DNA of 64,000 nt from an uncultured Gammaproteobacteria bacterium. Lineage in GTDB: Bacteria; Patescibacteriota; Patescibacteriia; UBA1558; S5-K13. Position 1 is the stretch's first letter. Each line of letters begins with the position of its first letter. Positions 47,943-58,278 of the stretch are shown here, one piece after another. The stretch spans positions 8,458 to 72,457 of the forward strand of contig CAYRHT010000002.1 of the NCBI GenBank assembly GCA_964424195.1. Reading direction: 5' to 3'. The notes beneath the pieces are model-generated. The model worked only from the letters and a program-made list of their open reading frames with translations. It did not search any database and had not been told where the DNA came from. The position numbers and the translations under genes were made by a program.

Positions 47943-48864
47943 TTCCTATAAAATCTTTGTAGCCATTAATAAATGGATTGATATCCATTTTTTGTTTTCC
48001 TTCAATTTGAACTACTAGAGGACAGAGGAGTCCTTTTTTAGTTTGAATAGCTATTTTGTCATCTTCTAAAAATATTTCACCAAGTTGATGATCAGTATTT
48101 CCTTCTTTAATTTCAGCTTTAATTATTTTTAGTAATTTGTCATTGAAATGAGTATAAGCTCCAGGCCAGTTATAGAAAGCTCTAATTTTATTATTTATTT
48201 TTTCAGCTGAATCTTCCCAATTTATCAAACCATCTTCTTTTTTTATCATTTCTGCGTAAGTAGCTTGGTTATTATCTTGAGAATGAGTTTCAATTTCTTT
48301 ATCAATATACTTTTGGAGATTATCTAATAGTAATTTATTACCTAGAGAAAATAATTTATTATTTAAAGTTTCATGATTATCTTCTAATTCTACTTTGATT
48401 TTTTCTTGAGCAATTATCGGTCCAGCATCCATTTCTTTAACTAAAAGCATGATACTTACTCCAGCTTCTTGATCTCCATTTAACAGAGTTGTTTGGACTG
48501 GAGAAGGTCCTCGATATTTAGGTAAAAGAGAAGGATGAATATTAATAATTCCTAATGGGAAAGAATCTAATATCTCTTGAGGAATCATTGTTCCATAAGA
48601 GAGGAGGATAGCTAAATTAGCTTCAGTGTTTTTAAGGATCTCAATTGATTCTGGATCATTAAGTCTGTCTTTCTCTGCTATTTTAATATTACTTTGCTCA
48701 GCTACTTTTTTAACTGGATTTTGTTTTTGAGAACGACCAGTTTTTTTACTAGTTTTAGTAACTACTAATTCAATATTGTATTCAGCTTGAATTAACTCAG
48801 CTAGTAACTTAGCTGAGTTTTCATCTGATCCAAAAAATACTATTTTATTATTATTTTTCATCAT
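47914..48864 (-). CDS. fmt: Methionyl-tRNA formyltransferase
   Basis: INIHPSLLPKYRGPSP, MDAGPI, IRAF..WPGA. Confidence 0.95.
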   Translation of the reverse strand: MMKNNNKIVFFGSDENSAKLLAELIQAEYNIELVVTKTSKKTGRSQKQNPVKKVAEQSNIKIAEKDRLNDPESIEILKNTEANLAILLSYGTMIPQEILDSFPLGIINIHPSLLPKYRGPSPVQTTLLNGDQEAGVSIMLLVKEMDAGPIIAQEKIKVELEDNHETLNNKLFSLGNKLLLDNLQKYIDKEIETHSQDNNQATYAEMIKKEDGLINWEDSAEKINNKIRAFYNWPGAYTHFNDKLLKIIKAEIKEGNTDHQLGEIFLEDDKIAIQTKKGLLCPLVVQIEGKQKMDINPFINGYKDFIGTILKPSPQK

Positions 48865-49354
48865 TTTTAGCTTGTTTCTTTAATTCTTTAAATTTATCTT
48901 CACCAGCAGTAAATTTTTTAATTTTATCTGTAAAAATAATACCATTAATATGATCTAATTCGTGTTGGAAAACTGTAGCCATCAAATTTTTAGCTTCTAT
49001 CTTTTTTTTATTTCCATTTTCATCTTGATATTCTAAAGTTACTTTTTTAGGACGAGAGACCCAACCAGTAATTTCTGGAAAAGAAAGACAACCTTCATCA
49101 AATTTTTGTTTAAGAAGTGATTTTCTTTTTATACAAGGGTTAATAAAAATCTGAGGACCTTTTTCAGTATTAATAACAATAAGTCTCATATTTAAACCAG
49201 CCTGATTAGCAGCTAAACCAACACCATCATACTTAAACATTAAACGAGTCATTTCTTTGATAATTTTAGGTAATTGGGGATCGTTAAAATTATCAACTTT
49301 TTTCAACTTGGTTCTTAATAGCTTATTAGGATAAGTTACAATGTTTAATTTCAT
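48851..49354 (-). CDS. def: Peptide deformylase
   Basis: GVGLAANQ, EGCLS, QHELDH. Confidence 0.97.
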   Translation of the reverse strand: MKLNIVTYPNKLLRTKLKKVDNFNDPQLPKIIKEMTRLMFKYDGVGLAANQAGLNMRLIVINTEKGPQIFINPCIKRKSLLKQKFDEGCLSFPEITGWVSRPKKVTLEYQDENGNKKKIEAKNLMATVFQHELDHINGIIFTDKIKKFTAGEDKFKELKKQAKNDEK

Positions 49355-51201
49355 AATTTAAAGTAATTTTTATCAATTATATCTATTTTATCTAATAATG
49401 CTTCTAGTGATTTTAAATCATTAGCTTGTTCATATTTTAACATTATATATTTTAAATAAAAAGAGAAGGTTTTATTAATTTTTGGTTCAATGATTGGCAT
49501 TAATTCAACTTGTTCTGATTTATTCTTTTCAATTTCAGAATAGAGTTCATTTGTTTTTTGATCTAAGATCTTCTGATCCTTATCTTTCACTGTAATTTTT
49601 AACATATTGTAGAAAGGAGGATATTTAAAAAGTTTTCTAAATTCTAATTCATCCTTAATCATCTGGTGATATTTCTGATTTCTAACATGGTCGTATATTT
49701 TTGATTCATTTAATACTTGGAGGATTAACTTTCTAGGTTTTAGGGATATTAAACGAGAAGTGAATTGATAGAATTTTTCATTAGAATTAAAGTTGCTATT
49801 TAGGAATTGATGAGTTAAAGGAAGAATTATTAAATCAAATTCTTCTTCCTGGAGATGATCAAGAATAACTTTAGTAGCAATAATTATCTGGTTTTCTTTA
49901 ACTAGATTCAAGTTATTTTCATGTTCTTTATCAATCATAATACTAGAATATTTAGGAAAGCTTTCTTTCATCTTAGAATGTAATTGAGTAATTCCAATAC
50001 CTCTGGTTTTAAGGTTAGAATTGGCACATTTTGGACATTTAAGAGGTATTTCTATCTCTTTCTGACAAGTATGGCAATAGAGCTTATTTTCTTCTCTGAA
50101 GCCTGGAATTCCACTACAATCGGGACATTTGAAAACTAGTTTACAATCAGGACATATTAAACTTTTACTATATCCTTTCTTGTTTACTAAAAACAGAATT
50201 TTACCTTTATTTTCTAAAGTTTTGTTAATATCTTCTTCGGTATTAAAATGAATCTGATTTTCAAAATACTTTACATTCATTTCGGGAATTGTAATTTCAG
50301 TAGTGAATTTAGTTTTAGATTCTAAAAGTTTTATTTTTTTCTCTTGAGCTAGATGATAGAGGTTAGAGGGAGGAGTATAGGAAGTTAAAATTAATTGGCA
50401 ATCATTAATTTTAGAAAGTTCTAAGATATTTGGTAGGAATTCAAAACGAGGATTGATATCAGTTTGATTATGATTCTCATTCTCTATCTCATCAATTATT
50501 ATACTATTAACGTTCTGAGTAGGATAGAAAATACTAACCTTAGTTCCTAAAATTATTTTAACTTTATTATCTTGAATATCATGCCAAACTTTATTATGTT
50601 TAGTCTTATTTAAGTGAGTATAGCCAGTAATAATGGCTATTTCTTCTTTTTTGTAGAAGTTTAGTAAATGAGAATATATTTTTTCTAAATGTAGTTTAGT
50701 GGGAGAGATTATTAAAGTTTGTTTTTTGTTTTGATCAATAGTTTTTTTAATTAAAGATATTTTTTCAGAGAAGTGAGTATGTTTGAAAATAAATTGTCTG
50801 TTTTTAAGAATTGAGTCAGGAATGTTCTTTAATTTCCAATCAATTTTGTTCACATTTATCTTTTCTTCTTTACTTTGGGTTTTTCTTTTGAGGGGTAGAG
50901 GAGTGATATTGTTTAAAAAGTTTAGTGAACTAAAATTGTGTTTAATAAAGAAGTTATAAAATTCTATTTGTTGAGGAGAAAAAAGAAGAGTAGGAGTAAT
51001 AATTTCACTAACTGGTTTTAGAATATGTTTTGGTTGGTTAGTAGTTTTTTTAATATCAAAAACCACTCCGTAGATATTACGGTTTCGAAAAGGGATTTCT
51101 ACTAATTGCCCAGGTTTAACTTTTAAGTTATTAGGCACAATGTAGTCGAGGAGATTAAGCTCCTTTTTAAGCTTGATTAATGGTTTTATATTAGCGTACA
51201 T
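49351..51201 (-). CDS. priA: Primosomal protein N' (degenerate helicase)
   Basis: N-terminal LDY..P...G.LV.IPF, four CxxC pairs, R....YPPF; position next to def/fmt. Confidence 0.82.
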   Translation of the reverse strand: MYANIKPLIKLKKELNLLDYIVPNNLKVKPGQLVEIPFRNRNIYGVVFDIKKTTNQPKHILKPVSEIITPTLLFSPQQIEFYNFFIKHNFSSLNFLNNITPLPLKRKTQSKEEKINVNKIDWKLKNIPDSILKNRQFIFKHTHFSEKISLIKKTIDQNKKQTLIISPTKLHLEKIYSHLLNFYKKEEIAIITGYTHLNKTKHNKVWHDIQDNKVKIILGTKVSIFYPTQNVNSIIIDEIENENHNQTDINPRFEFLPNILELSKINDCQLILTSYTPPSNLYHLAQEKKIKLLESKTKFTTEITIPEMNVKYFENQIHFNTEEDINKTLENKGKILFLVNKKGYSKSLICPDCKLVFKCPDCSGIPGFREENKLYCHTCQKEIEIPLKCPKCANSNLKTRGIGITQLHSKMKESFPKYSSIMIDKEHENNLNLVKENQIIIATKVILDHLQEEEFDLIILPLTHQFLNSNFNSNEKFYQFTSRLISLKPRKLILQVLNESKIYDHVRNQKYHQMIKDELEFRKLFKYPPFYNMLKITVKDKDQKILDQKTNELYSEIEKNKSEQVELMPIIEPKINKTFSFYLKYIMLKYEQANDLKSLEALLDKIDIIDKNYFKL

Positions 51202-51248
51202 ATTAATAGTATAGTAGATAAAGGGAAAAGTATAAAGGGGGTTTTAGG

Positions 51249-51288
51249 AAAAAATAAAATGCAGAGTCCAAATGAGGATTCTGCATTG
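51249..51288 (-). terminator. Intrinsic terminator of the 91-aa ORF
   Basis: Minus strand aatgcagaatcc-tcattt-ggactctgcatt followed by a T-rich tract. Confidence 0.75.
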
Positions 51289-51291
51289 TGT

Positions 51292-51567
51292 TTAATATTC
51301 TCCGATGAAACTGGTGTTTACTTTGTAAATATTAAATTTTTGTTCTTGTTTTGATTGTTTTTCCCAAACATCTTCATAATTATGATCTTCTATTGCTTTC
51401 TTAAATAATCGCAACTGTTCTTTTTTTAATTCTTTAATTTTCTTTTCTAAGTCATAAGATGAGTCTGACTTTATTAAACCTATTTTTGGAAAATATGATA
51501 ATATGGTGAAAAAGATTAAATTCACAATTATCATAAATCCAACGAAATAATTTAAAAAATTTTCCAT
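51292..51567 (-). CDS. Small single-TM hypothetical protein
   Basis: Strong SD (AAAGGGAGG), own promoter TTGACA-N17-TAAGAT (51619-51591), terminator downstream. Confidence 0.65.
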   Translation of the reverse strand: MENFLNYFVGFMIIVNLIFFTILSYFPKIGLIKSDSSYDLEKKIKELKKEQLRLFKKAIEDHNYEDVWEKQSKQEQKFNIYKVNTSFIGEY

Positions 51568-51708
51568 TTTTCCTCCCTTTATTTTTTTATATCTTAGTAC
51601 TTTTGATTTATTTTGTCAATCTTTAAAATATATTTAGAAATGATATAATTATAGTAATAAAAGTGCATATAAATGCATATATTTTTAGATTAATTTTAAT
51701 AAAATATT

Positions 51709-53196
51709 ATGACTGAAAAACAAGCAATAAATCCTAGTGATGAATACAAAATTAGAATAGAGCGTTTAAAGAAGATTAGGGAAAAAGGAATCGATCCTTA
51801 TCCAGCGGTTTCTAAAAGAACTCATATGATTAATGAGGTTTTAGGTGATTTTAAAGCTTTAGAAAAATCTGCTAAGGATATTTTTTTATGCGGGCGTTTA
51901 AGAACTATTCGTTCTCATGGGAATTTAAGCTTTACTCAATTACAAGATGATTCAGGAATGATGCAATTAGCCTTTTCTAAAAAAGAAATGGACCCAGAAC
52001 ATTACAAAGAGTTTGTGAAGTTAATTGATATTGGAGACTTTCTTCAAGTAAACGGAGTTCCTTTTGTTACTCACAAAGGAGAGGAGAGTTTAATGGTTAA
52101 AGATTGGAAATTATTAACTAAAACTCTAAGGCCTTTACCAGAAAAATATCATGGACTTCAAGATGAAGAAGAAAAGTTTAGAAAAAGATACTTAGATATT
52201 TTAACTAATCTAGAGGTTAAAGAGATGTTTATTAAAAAAGGGAAGTTTTGGAATTCTATTAGAAACTTTTTAACTGAGAAGAGTTTTATAGAAGTTCAAA
52301 CTCCAGCCTTAGAAGTTAGTGCTGGTGGGGCTGATGCTCGTCCTTTTATAACTCATCATAATGCCTTAGATATGGATGTATATTTAAGAATATCAACAGG
52401 TGAATTATGGCAAAAGAAACTAATGGTTGCTGGTTTTGAGAAAACTTTTGAAATTGGTCGTCAATTTAGAAATGAAGGTATGGATGCTGAGCATCTTCAA
52501 GACTATACTCAAATGGAATTCTATTGGGCTTATGCTGATTACAGAAAGGGAATGGAGCTAGTAGAAGAGATGTACAAGTATGTAGCTCAAGAAACTTTTG
52601 GAACTACTAAATTTAAGATTAAAGAATTTGATATAGATTTAGATAAAAAATGGGAAGTTTATGATTATGTTGAGATTATTAAAAAAAGAACTAAGATTAA
52701 TATTTTAGATACTGATATTAAAGAAATGGAAAGTAAACTACAAGAGTTGAAAATTCAGTATGATAAAAAAGGATTTAATATTACTAGAGCTATTGATAAT
52801 TTATGGAAATATTGTCGGAAGCAAATTGGTGGTCCAGGATTTTTAATTAATGTTCCGGTCACTATGGAACCTTTAGCTAAAAGGGATGACAAGAATAAAG
52901 ATATAGTACAACGTTTTCAAATTATTTTAGCTGGATCAGAAATGGGGAAAGGCTATAGTGAGTTGAATGATCCAATTGATCAGGCTGATAGATTTGAAAA
53001 GCAAGAAAAATTAAGATTGGCTGGTGATGAAGAGGCTCAAATGAATGATAAAGATTTTGTGGAAGCTTTAGAACATGGTATGCCACCAACTTGTGGTTTT
53101 GGTCTAAGTGAAAGACTATTTAGTTTTTTAATGAATAAACCAGCGAGAGAGTGTCAAATATTTCCTTTGATGAGACCTAAGGATGAAAATAAATAA
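51709..53196 (+). CDS. lysS: Lysine--tRNA ligase (class II)
   Basis: LRPLPEKYHGL, EVQTP, FEIGRQFRNEG, YSELNDP, GMPPT.G.G...ER. Confidence 0.97.
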   Translation: MTEKQAINPSDEYKIRIERLKKIREKGIDPYPAVSKRTHMINEVLGDFKALEKSAKDIFLCGRLRTIRSHGNLSFTQLQDDSGMMQLAFSKKEMDPEHYKEFVKLIDIGDFLQVNGVPFVTHKGEESLMVKDWKLLTKTLRPLPEKYHGLQDEEEKFRKRYLDILTNLEVKEMFIKKGKFWNSIRNFLTEKSFIEVQTPALEVSAGGADARPFITHHNALDMDVYLRISTGELWQKKLMVAGFEKTFEIGRQFRNEGMDAEHLQDYTQMEFYWAYADYRKGMELVEEMYKYVAQETFGTTKFKIKEFDIDLDKKWEVYDYVEIIKKRTKINILDTDIKEMESKLQELKIQYDKKGFNITRAIDNLWKYCRKQIGGPGFLINVPVTMEPLAKRDDKNKDIVQRFQIILAGSEMGKGYSELNDPIDQADRFEKQEKLRLAGDEEAQMNDKDFVEALEHGMPPTCGFGLSERLFSFLMNKPARECQIFPLMRPKDENK

Positions 53197-53213
53197 TAAT
53201 TAAGATATATATT

Positions 53214-53864
53214 ATGAAAAAAGTATTACTTTTATGTGGAATTATTCTATTATTAACAGCTTGTGTTAATAGTACGGTTCAGAATGAAGAAAGTGCTCCA
53301 GGAGATTCTATTTCTCTAGAAGAAAAAGAAGAATCTATTCCTGAAGAGGAAGAAGATATAAATAATAAAGAAGAAAATATGTTGGTAACTATTAAAACTA
53401 ATAAGGGAGATATTGAATTAGAGCTTTATGAAAAAGCAGCTCCAATTACAGTAGCTAACTTTTTAAAATTAATTAAAGAAGATTATTATAATGATATTAA
53501 ATTTCATCGAGTTATTGGTGATTTCATGATTCAAACTGGAGATCCTCAAAGCAAAGGAAAAGTGGATGTTGATTTTGTTTATGATGCTTACAATAATCCT
53601 AAGAATCTTCCAATTGCTGGAACTGGTGGACCAGGTTATAATTTTGAAGATGAATTTAATAATGGTTATGTATTCGATAAAGCTGGTATTTTAGCAATGG
53701 CTAACGCTGGTCCAAATACTAATGGTTCTCAAATTTTTATTACTCATCTTCCTACTCCTCATTTAAATAATAAACATACTATCTTTGGTCAAGTTGTTAA
53801 TGGAATGGATATTGTGAATGCTATTGAACAAGGTGATGTTATTAGTGAGATTATAGTTAAATAA
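53214..53864 (+). CDS. Cyclophilin-type peptidyl-prolyl isomerase with lipoprotein-like signal
   Basis: FHRVI..FMIQ.GDP, GGPGY.F.DE, AMAN.GPNTNGSQ.FIT, HT.FG.V; LTAC lipobox. Confidence 0.92.
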   Translation: MKKVLLLCGIILLLTACVNSTVQNEESAPGDSISLEEKEESIPEEEEDINNKEENMLVTIKTNKGDIELELYEKAAPITVANFLKLIKEDYYNDIKFHRVIGDFMIQTGDPQSKGKVDVDFVYDAYNNPKNLPIAGTGGPGYNFEDEFNNGYVFDKAGILAMANAGPNTNGSQIFITHLPTPHLNNKHTIFGQVVNGMDIVNAIEQGDVISEIIVK

Positions 53865-53887
53865 TTTATATATAATCTTTAAAATAT

Positions 53888-55132
53888 ATGTTGGATATAA
53901 ATAAAATTAGAGAGAATAAGGAAGAGATTAAAAAGGCTCTCTTGAAAAGAGTTCCAGATGTTAATCTAGATGAGATTTTAGAATTAGATGAACAAAGAAA
54001 AAAGTTGATTACTAAAGTTGATGAATTGAAAGCAGAGCGAAACAAACATTCTAAAACCAAACCATCTCCAGAAATTATTGAGCAAATGAAAAAGCTTGGT
54101 GGTGATATCAAGGATGCAGAAGAAGAATCTAATAAGATTCAGAGTTTATACAATGATAAATTATCAAGTCTACCAAATATTCCTGCAGAAGATGTAAAAG
54201 CTGGAAATAAAGAGAATAATGAGGTTATTAGTACTTATGGAAAGAAGCCAGAGTTTAAATCTAAAGCTAAGGACCATGTAGAATTAGCAACTTCTTTAGG
54301 TTTAATTGATTATGAACGAGCTACTAAAATGTCTGGTGCTGGTTTTTGGGCTTATACTAATGAAGGAGCTTTATTAGAGTGGGCTTTATTAAATTATTTT
54401 AAAGATTTTCATCAAAAGAATAAATATACTTTCTTATTATTACCTTATTTATTAAATCAAGACTCAGCTTATGCTTCCGGACACCTTCCAAAGTTTAAAG
54501 AAGATTTGTTTTGGACTAATGATGAAAAACTTTGTTTGAATGCTACTAGTGAAATGATGTTATTAAATTATCATCGGAAAGAGACTTTAGATATAAAAGA
54601 TTTACCTTTAAAATATTATGCTTTCTCAACTTGTTTTAGAAAAGAGGCAGGAGCATATCGAACTGAAGAAAGAGGAATGATTAGAGGTCATCAATTTAAC
54701 AAGATTGAAATGTTCCAATTCACAAAACCAGAGGAGTCTTGGACTATTTTTGAAGAAATGGTTAAGAATGTTGAGGAGCTAGTTAAAGGATTGGGATTAC
54801 ATTTTCAAACTGTAAAATTAGCAGCTCAAGATGCTAGTGCAGCGATGGCTAAAACTATTGATATAGAAGTTTGGTTACCGAGCATGAATTCCTATAAAGA
54901 AGTATCTAGTGCTTCTAATGCTTTAGATTATCAAGCCCGGAGAGCTAATATTAAATTTAAAGATAAGGATGGTAAATCAGAGTTTGTTCATACTTTGAAT
55001 GCTTCTGGTTTAGCAACTTCTCGAATATTACCAGCAATACTAGAGCAAAATCAACAAGCCGATGGTTCAGTTAAAGTACCAAAAGCATTACGAAAGTATT
55101 TACCATTTAAAGTAATTAAAGCTAAAAAATAA
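53888..55132 (+). CDS. serS: Serine--tRNA ligase
   Basis: MLDI..IR, ATSE, CFRKEAG, RGHQF.K.E, EVSS.SN, HTLNASGLA.SR. Confidence 0.96.
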   Translation: MLDINKIRENKEEIKKALLKRVPDVNLDEILELDEQRKKLITKVDELKAERNKHSKTKPSPEIIEQMKKLGGDIKDAEEESNKIQSLYNDKLSSLPNIPAEDVKAGNKENNEVISTYGKKPEFKSKAKDHVELATSLGLIDYERATKMSGAGFWAYTNEGALLEWALLNYFKDFHQKNKYTFLLLPYLLNQDSAYASGHLPKFKEDLFWTNDEKLCLNATSEMMLLNYHRKETLDIKDLPLKYYAFSTCFRKEAGAYRTEERGMIRGHQFNKIEMFQFTKPEESWTIFEEMVKNVEELVKGLGLHFQTVKLAAQDASAAMAKTIDIEVWLPSMNSYKEVSSASNALDYQARRANIKFKDKDGKSEFVHTLNASGLATSRILPAILEQNQQADGSVKVPKALRKYLPFKVIKAKK

Positions 55133-56295
55133 TGTTTCATCATTCATGGATTGAAATTTCTAAAGAGAATTTGATTCATAATATTAAAGCGCACTATAAA
55201 TTTTTAGACAAAGGAGTAAAACTTAGTCCGGTTGTCAAAAGTAACGCCTATGGACATGGGATGATTTTAGTTTCTAAAGTTCTGGATAAAATGAAAGAGA
55301 TTGGTTTTCTTTCAGTAGTTAATTTAGAAGAAGCAATAATTTTAAGAAAGAATAAAATAAAGAAAGCAATTTTAGTTTTAAGTTATTATGGAGTAGGGGG
55401 GAGCGAGAAAGAATTTATAGAACAAATTAAATTTGCTATTCAAAATAATATTTCTTTAATGGTCTATGATTTAACTCAGATTAAATTATTAAATGAAATT
55501 GCTGGTAAATTAAAGAAAAATATTAAAATACATATTAAGGTAGAAACTGGAATGGCTCGAGTAGGAGTTCCTTATGAACAAGCTTTAGATTTTATACAAA
55601 AGATTAATAAATTAGATAATGTAATGATAGAAGGATTAGCTTCTCATTTTGCAACAACAGAGGAGAGTAATCAATATTTTGCTAAATTTCAATTGAATAA
55701 TTTTAAAGAGCTTATTAAGAAATTAGATGAATTAAATATTAATATTCCCATAAAACATATGGCTGCTAGTGCAGCAATTACATTGTCAAAAGAGAATCAT
55801 TTTAATGCAGTTCGATTAGGAATTGCTATGTATGGTTTGTGGCCTTCAAAAGAGAATAAAAAAGTTATTAATAAAAAATATCCGCAGTTTAATTTAAAAC
55901 CAGTTCTATCTTGGAAAACTAAATTATTTCAAATTAAAAAGTTAAAAGCAAATATGCCAGTTGGTTATGGTTGTACTTATCGAACTACAAAGAGTATTAC
56001 TATGGGTTTAATTCCTGTAGGTTATTTCGAAGGCTTAGATCGTAAATTCTCTAATAAAGGTTATGCTTTAATTAAAGGTCAAAAATGCCCAATTATTGGG
56101 GCAATTTGTATGAATATTGCTATGCTTGATATTTCTAAAGTAAAAGGTGCTAAAGTGGGGGAGGATGTAACTTTAATTGGTAAGTCTGGAAAGAAAGAAA
56201 TAAAAGCTGATGATTTAGCTCTAGAAATCAATACAATTAATTATGAATTAGTAACTAGATTAAATCCAGAAATTCAAAGAAAATTAATAAGATAA
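55132..56295 (+). CDS. alr: Alanine racemase
   Basis: VVKSNAYGHG (PLP Lys), HIKVETGM.R, SHF, VR.GI..YG, INYE..TR. Confidence 0.95.
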   Translation: MFHHSWIEISKENLIHNIKAHYKFLDKGVKLSPVVKSNAYGHGMILVSKVLDKMKEIGFLSVVNLEEAIILRKNKIKKAILVLSYYGVGGSEKEFIEQIKFAIQNNISLMVYDLTQIKLLNEIAGKLKKNIKIHIKVETGMARVGVPYEQALDFIQKINKLDNVMIEGLASHFATTEESNQYFAKFQLNNFKELIKKLDELNINIPIKHMAASAAITLSKENHFNAVRLGIAMYGLWPSKENKKVINKKYPQFNLKPVLSWKTKLFQIKKLKANMPVGYGCTYRTTKSITMGLIPVGYFEGLDRKFSNKGYALIKGQKCPIIGAICMNIAMLDISKVKGAKVGEDVTLIGKSGKKEIKADDLALEINTINYELVTRLNPEIQRKLIR

Positions 56296-56304
56296 TAGAG
56301 GAGT

Positions 56305-57372
56305 ATGAGAACAAAGTATCCAATGAGGTCAAAAAATAAATATCAGAAGATTCGTCGTTCAGCTATGAGGAAGAGACATTTTAATAGAGGAAATATTAAT
56401 GAATATTTTCATAAGAAAAAGAGTGCTAATACTTGGCAGAGTAGAGTAGTCTTTTTATTTCTAGCATTCATTGTAGTCTATATTATTTTCTTTTTCTTCT
56501 TTTCTACTCATTTCAAGATTAATCAAATTATTATTGATGGTAATGAAGAAATTACCAATTCAGAAATAAAAGATAAAGTTAATGAGTTATTAAATAAGCG
56601 TAAGCTTTTATTTATAAAAAATAATAATTACTTTTTGTTCAATGTTAACGATGTAGCGGAAAGATTATCTCAAGATTATCTTTTTGAAAAATTAGAAGTA
56701 GAAAAAAAGTATTTTTCAACTATATTTATAACTCTAGAAGAAAAACCTCATAAGTTATTTTATGTAATTGATGATAGCAGCTTTTTAATAGATGAGAAGG
56801 GGATAGTTATTTCTCGTTTTGATTATCAAGAACTTGATTTAAATAGTTCAACAGAGAGTAGTGATGAAATTATAGTTAAAGAAACACCTAAGCAAGTAGT
56901 TATTAATCAAGAAGAGGTTGATGAACAGAATAAAAAGATTGTTAAAGATCATGAACTATATGAATCTACTAATAGTACTTCTACTGTATTCATTTGGGAA
57001 AATAGTAGTGAAGGTATGATAGTTAAAGAAGTTGATGTTATTGAAGCGATAATAGAAGATGTTTATCCAGATAATCCAGAAATAGGTTCTAAGATTTTTT
57101 CTGGAGATGTGGTTAGAAAAATACTGTATTTAGATAGTGATTATAATCATAAATTTGGTGATCAGAGAGAATATTATGAATTAGAATGTGAAGATGGAGA
57201 ATTTTTAAATATGAAAACAAAAGATGATTTTAAAATATATTTTAAATTAAATGAATCTGTTGATAGTCAATTATCAAATCTATACAGATATTTAATAGAG
57301 GAGAATAATGGTAAATTAGATAATATTGAATATATAGATCTAAGACAAGATAATCAAATTATTATTAAATAA
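56305..57372 (+). CDS. ftsQ: FtsQ/DivIB-like cell division protein
   Basis: Basic N-tail, one TM helix, POTRA-like F.I..I.I.GN, C-terminal IEYIDLR. Confidence 0.75.
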   Translation: MRTKYPMRSKNKYQKIRRSAMRKRHFNRGNINEYFHKKKSANTWQSRVVFLFLAFIVVYIIFFFFFSTHFKINQIIIDGNEEITNSEIKDKVNELLNKRKLLFIKNNNYFLFNVNDVAERLSQDYLFEKLEVEKKYFSTIFITLEEKPHKLFYVIDDSSFLIDEKGIVISRFDYQELDLNSSTESSDEIIVKETPKQVVINQEEVDEQNKKIVKDHELYESTNSTSTVFIWENSSEGMIVKEVDVIEAIIEDVYPDNPEIGSKIFSGDVVRKILYLDSDYNHKFGDQREYYELECEDGEFLNMKTKDDFKIYFKLNESVDSQLSNLYRYLIEENNGKLDNIEYIDLRQDNQIIIK

Positions 57373-57383
57373 AAATAAAGAAT

Positions 57384-58157
57384 ATGAAAAAGAAAATTGG
57401 AATTATGGGTTTTGGAGAAATTGGTCAATCAGTTGCTAGATTATATCCAAAATCAAAGTATCAAATTTTATCTAAAGATTTAAAACATGATTCTCTAAAA
57501 GAGGAGAGGGTTGATGTTTTGCATATAGCTATCCCATATAGCAGTGATTTTATTAAAGACGTTGTAAAACAAGTTAAATTAAATCAACCAGAATTTGTAA
57601 TTATAGAATCAACTACTAATGTAGGAGTTACTAGTAAGATTAATAGTAAATTAAAAAAGAAAATAGTAGTTCATAGTCCAGTTCGAGGAATGCATCCTAA
57701 CTTGACAAAAAGCTTAAAATGTTTCATAAAGTATATTGGAGCAGATAATAAGAATATTGGGGAGAGAGCAGTGAGGCATTATCAAGCTATTGGAGTTAAA
57801 TCTAAACTTTTTATGCCATCTGAGTCAACTGAACTAAATAAAATATTATCAACTTCTTATTATGGAATTTGTATTGCTTGGGCTGCAGAAATTAAAAGAT
57901 TATGTGATCAGCACGGTGTAGATTATAAATCATTTGAAGATTTTAATAATTCTTATAATGAAGGTTACCTTAAGATGGGATTAAAAAATGTAGTTCGTCC
58001 GACTCTATATCCACCAAAAAATGGTATTGGAGGTCATTGTGTATGGGAAAATGCAACTATGTTTAATCCCCGAGCTAAATCAAAGTTTTTAGATTTAATA
58101 TTAGATGCTGGTAAAGATAAATCTGCTAAAACATTAAAGTTAAAAAAGAAAAGTTAA
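57384..58157 (+). CDS. UDP-glucose/GDP-mannose dehydrogenase-family protein (short form)
   Basis: GFGEIG, IEST..G.T, HSP, E..K, GIGGHC; no C-terminal UDP-binding domain. Confidence 0.7.
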   Translation: MKKKIGIMGFGEIGQSVARLYPKSKYQILSKDLKHDSLKEERVDVLHIAIPYSSDFIKDVVKQVKLNQPEFVIIESTTNVGVTSKINSKLKKKIVVHSPVRGMHPNLTKSLKCFIKYIGADNKNIGERAVRHYQAIGVKSKLFMPSESTELNKILSTSYYGICIAWAAEIKRLCDQHGVDYKSFEDFNNSYNEGYLKMGLKNVVRPTLYPPKNGIGGHCVWENATMFNPRAKSKFLDLILDAGKDKSAKTLKLKKKS

Positions 58158-58158
58158 T

Positions 58159-58187
58159 TTGTTTGGTTCTATTTAGTATGATATACT
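58159..58187 (+). promoter_or_regulatory. Putative xer promoter
   Basis: TTGTTT(58159)-N17-TATACT(58182) with an extended -10 TG. Confidence 0.55.
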
Positions 58188-58221
58188 CTTAATAGAGTAT
58201 CCTTTTATGGATAATGATAAG

Positions 58222-58249
58222 AGTTCGCATAATATAGGTTAATCGAACT
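58222..58249. other. dif-like Xer recombination site
   Basis: AGTTCGCATAA-TATAGG-TTAATCGAACT has the 11-6-11 architecture; the left arm is 9/11 identical to the E. coli dif XerC arm GGTGCGCATAA; it lies 29 bp upstream of xer. Confidence 0.8.
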
Positions 58250-58278
58250 AACATATAACAATTCATCTAAAACAAGCT

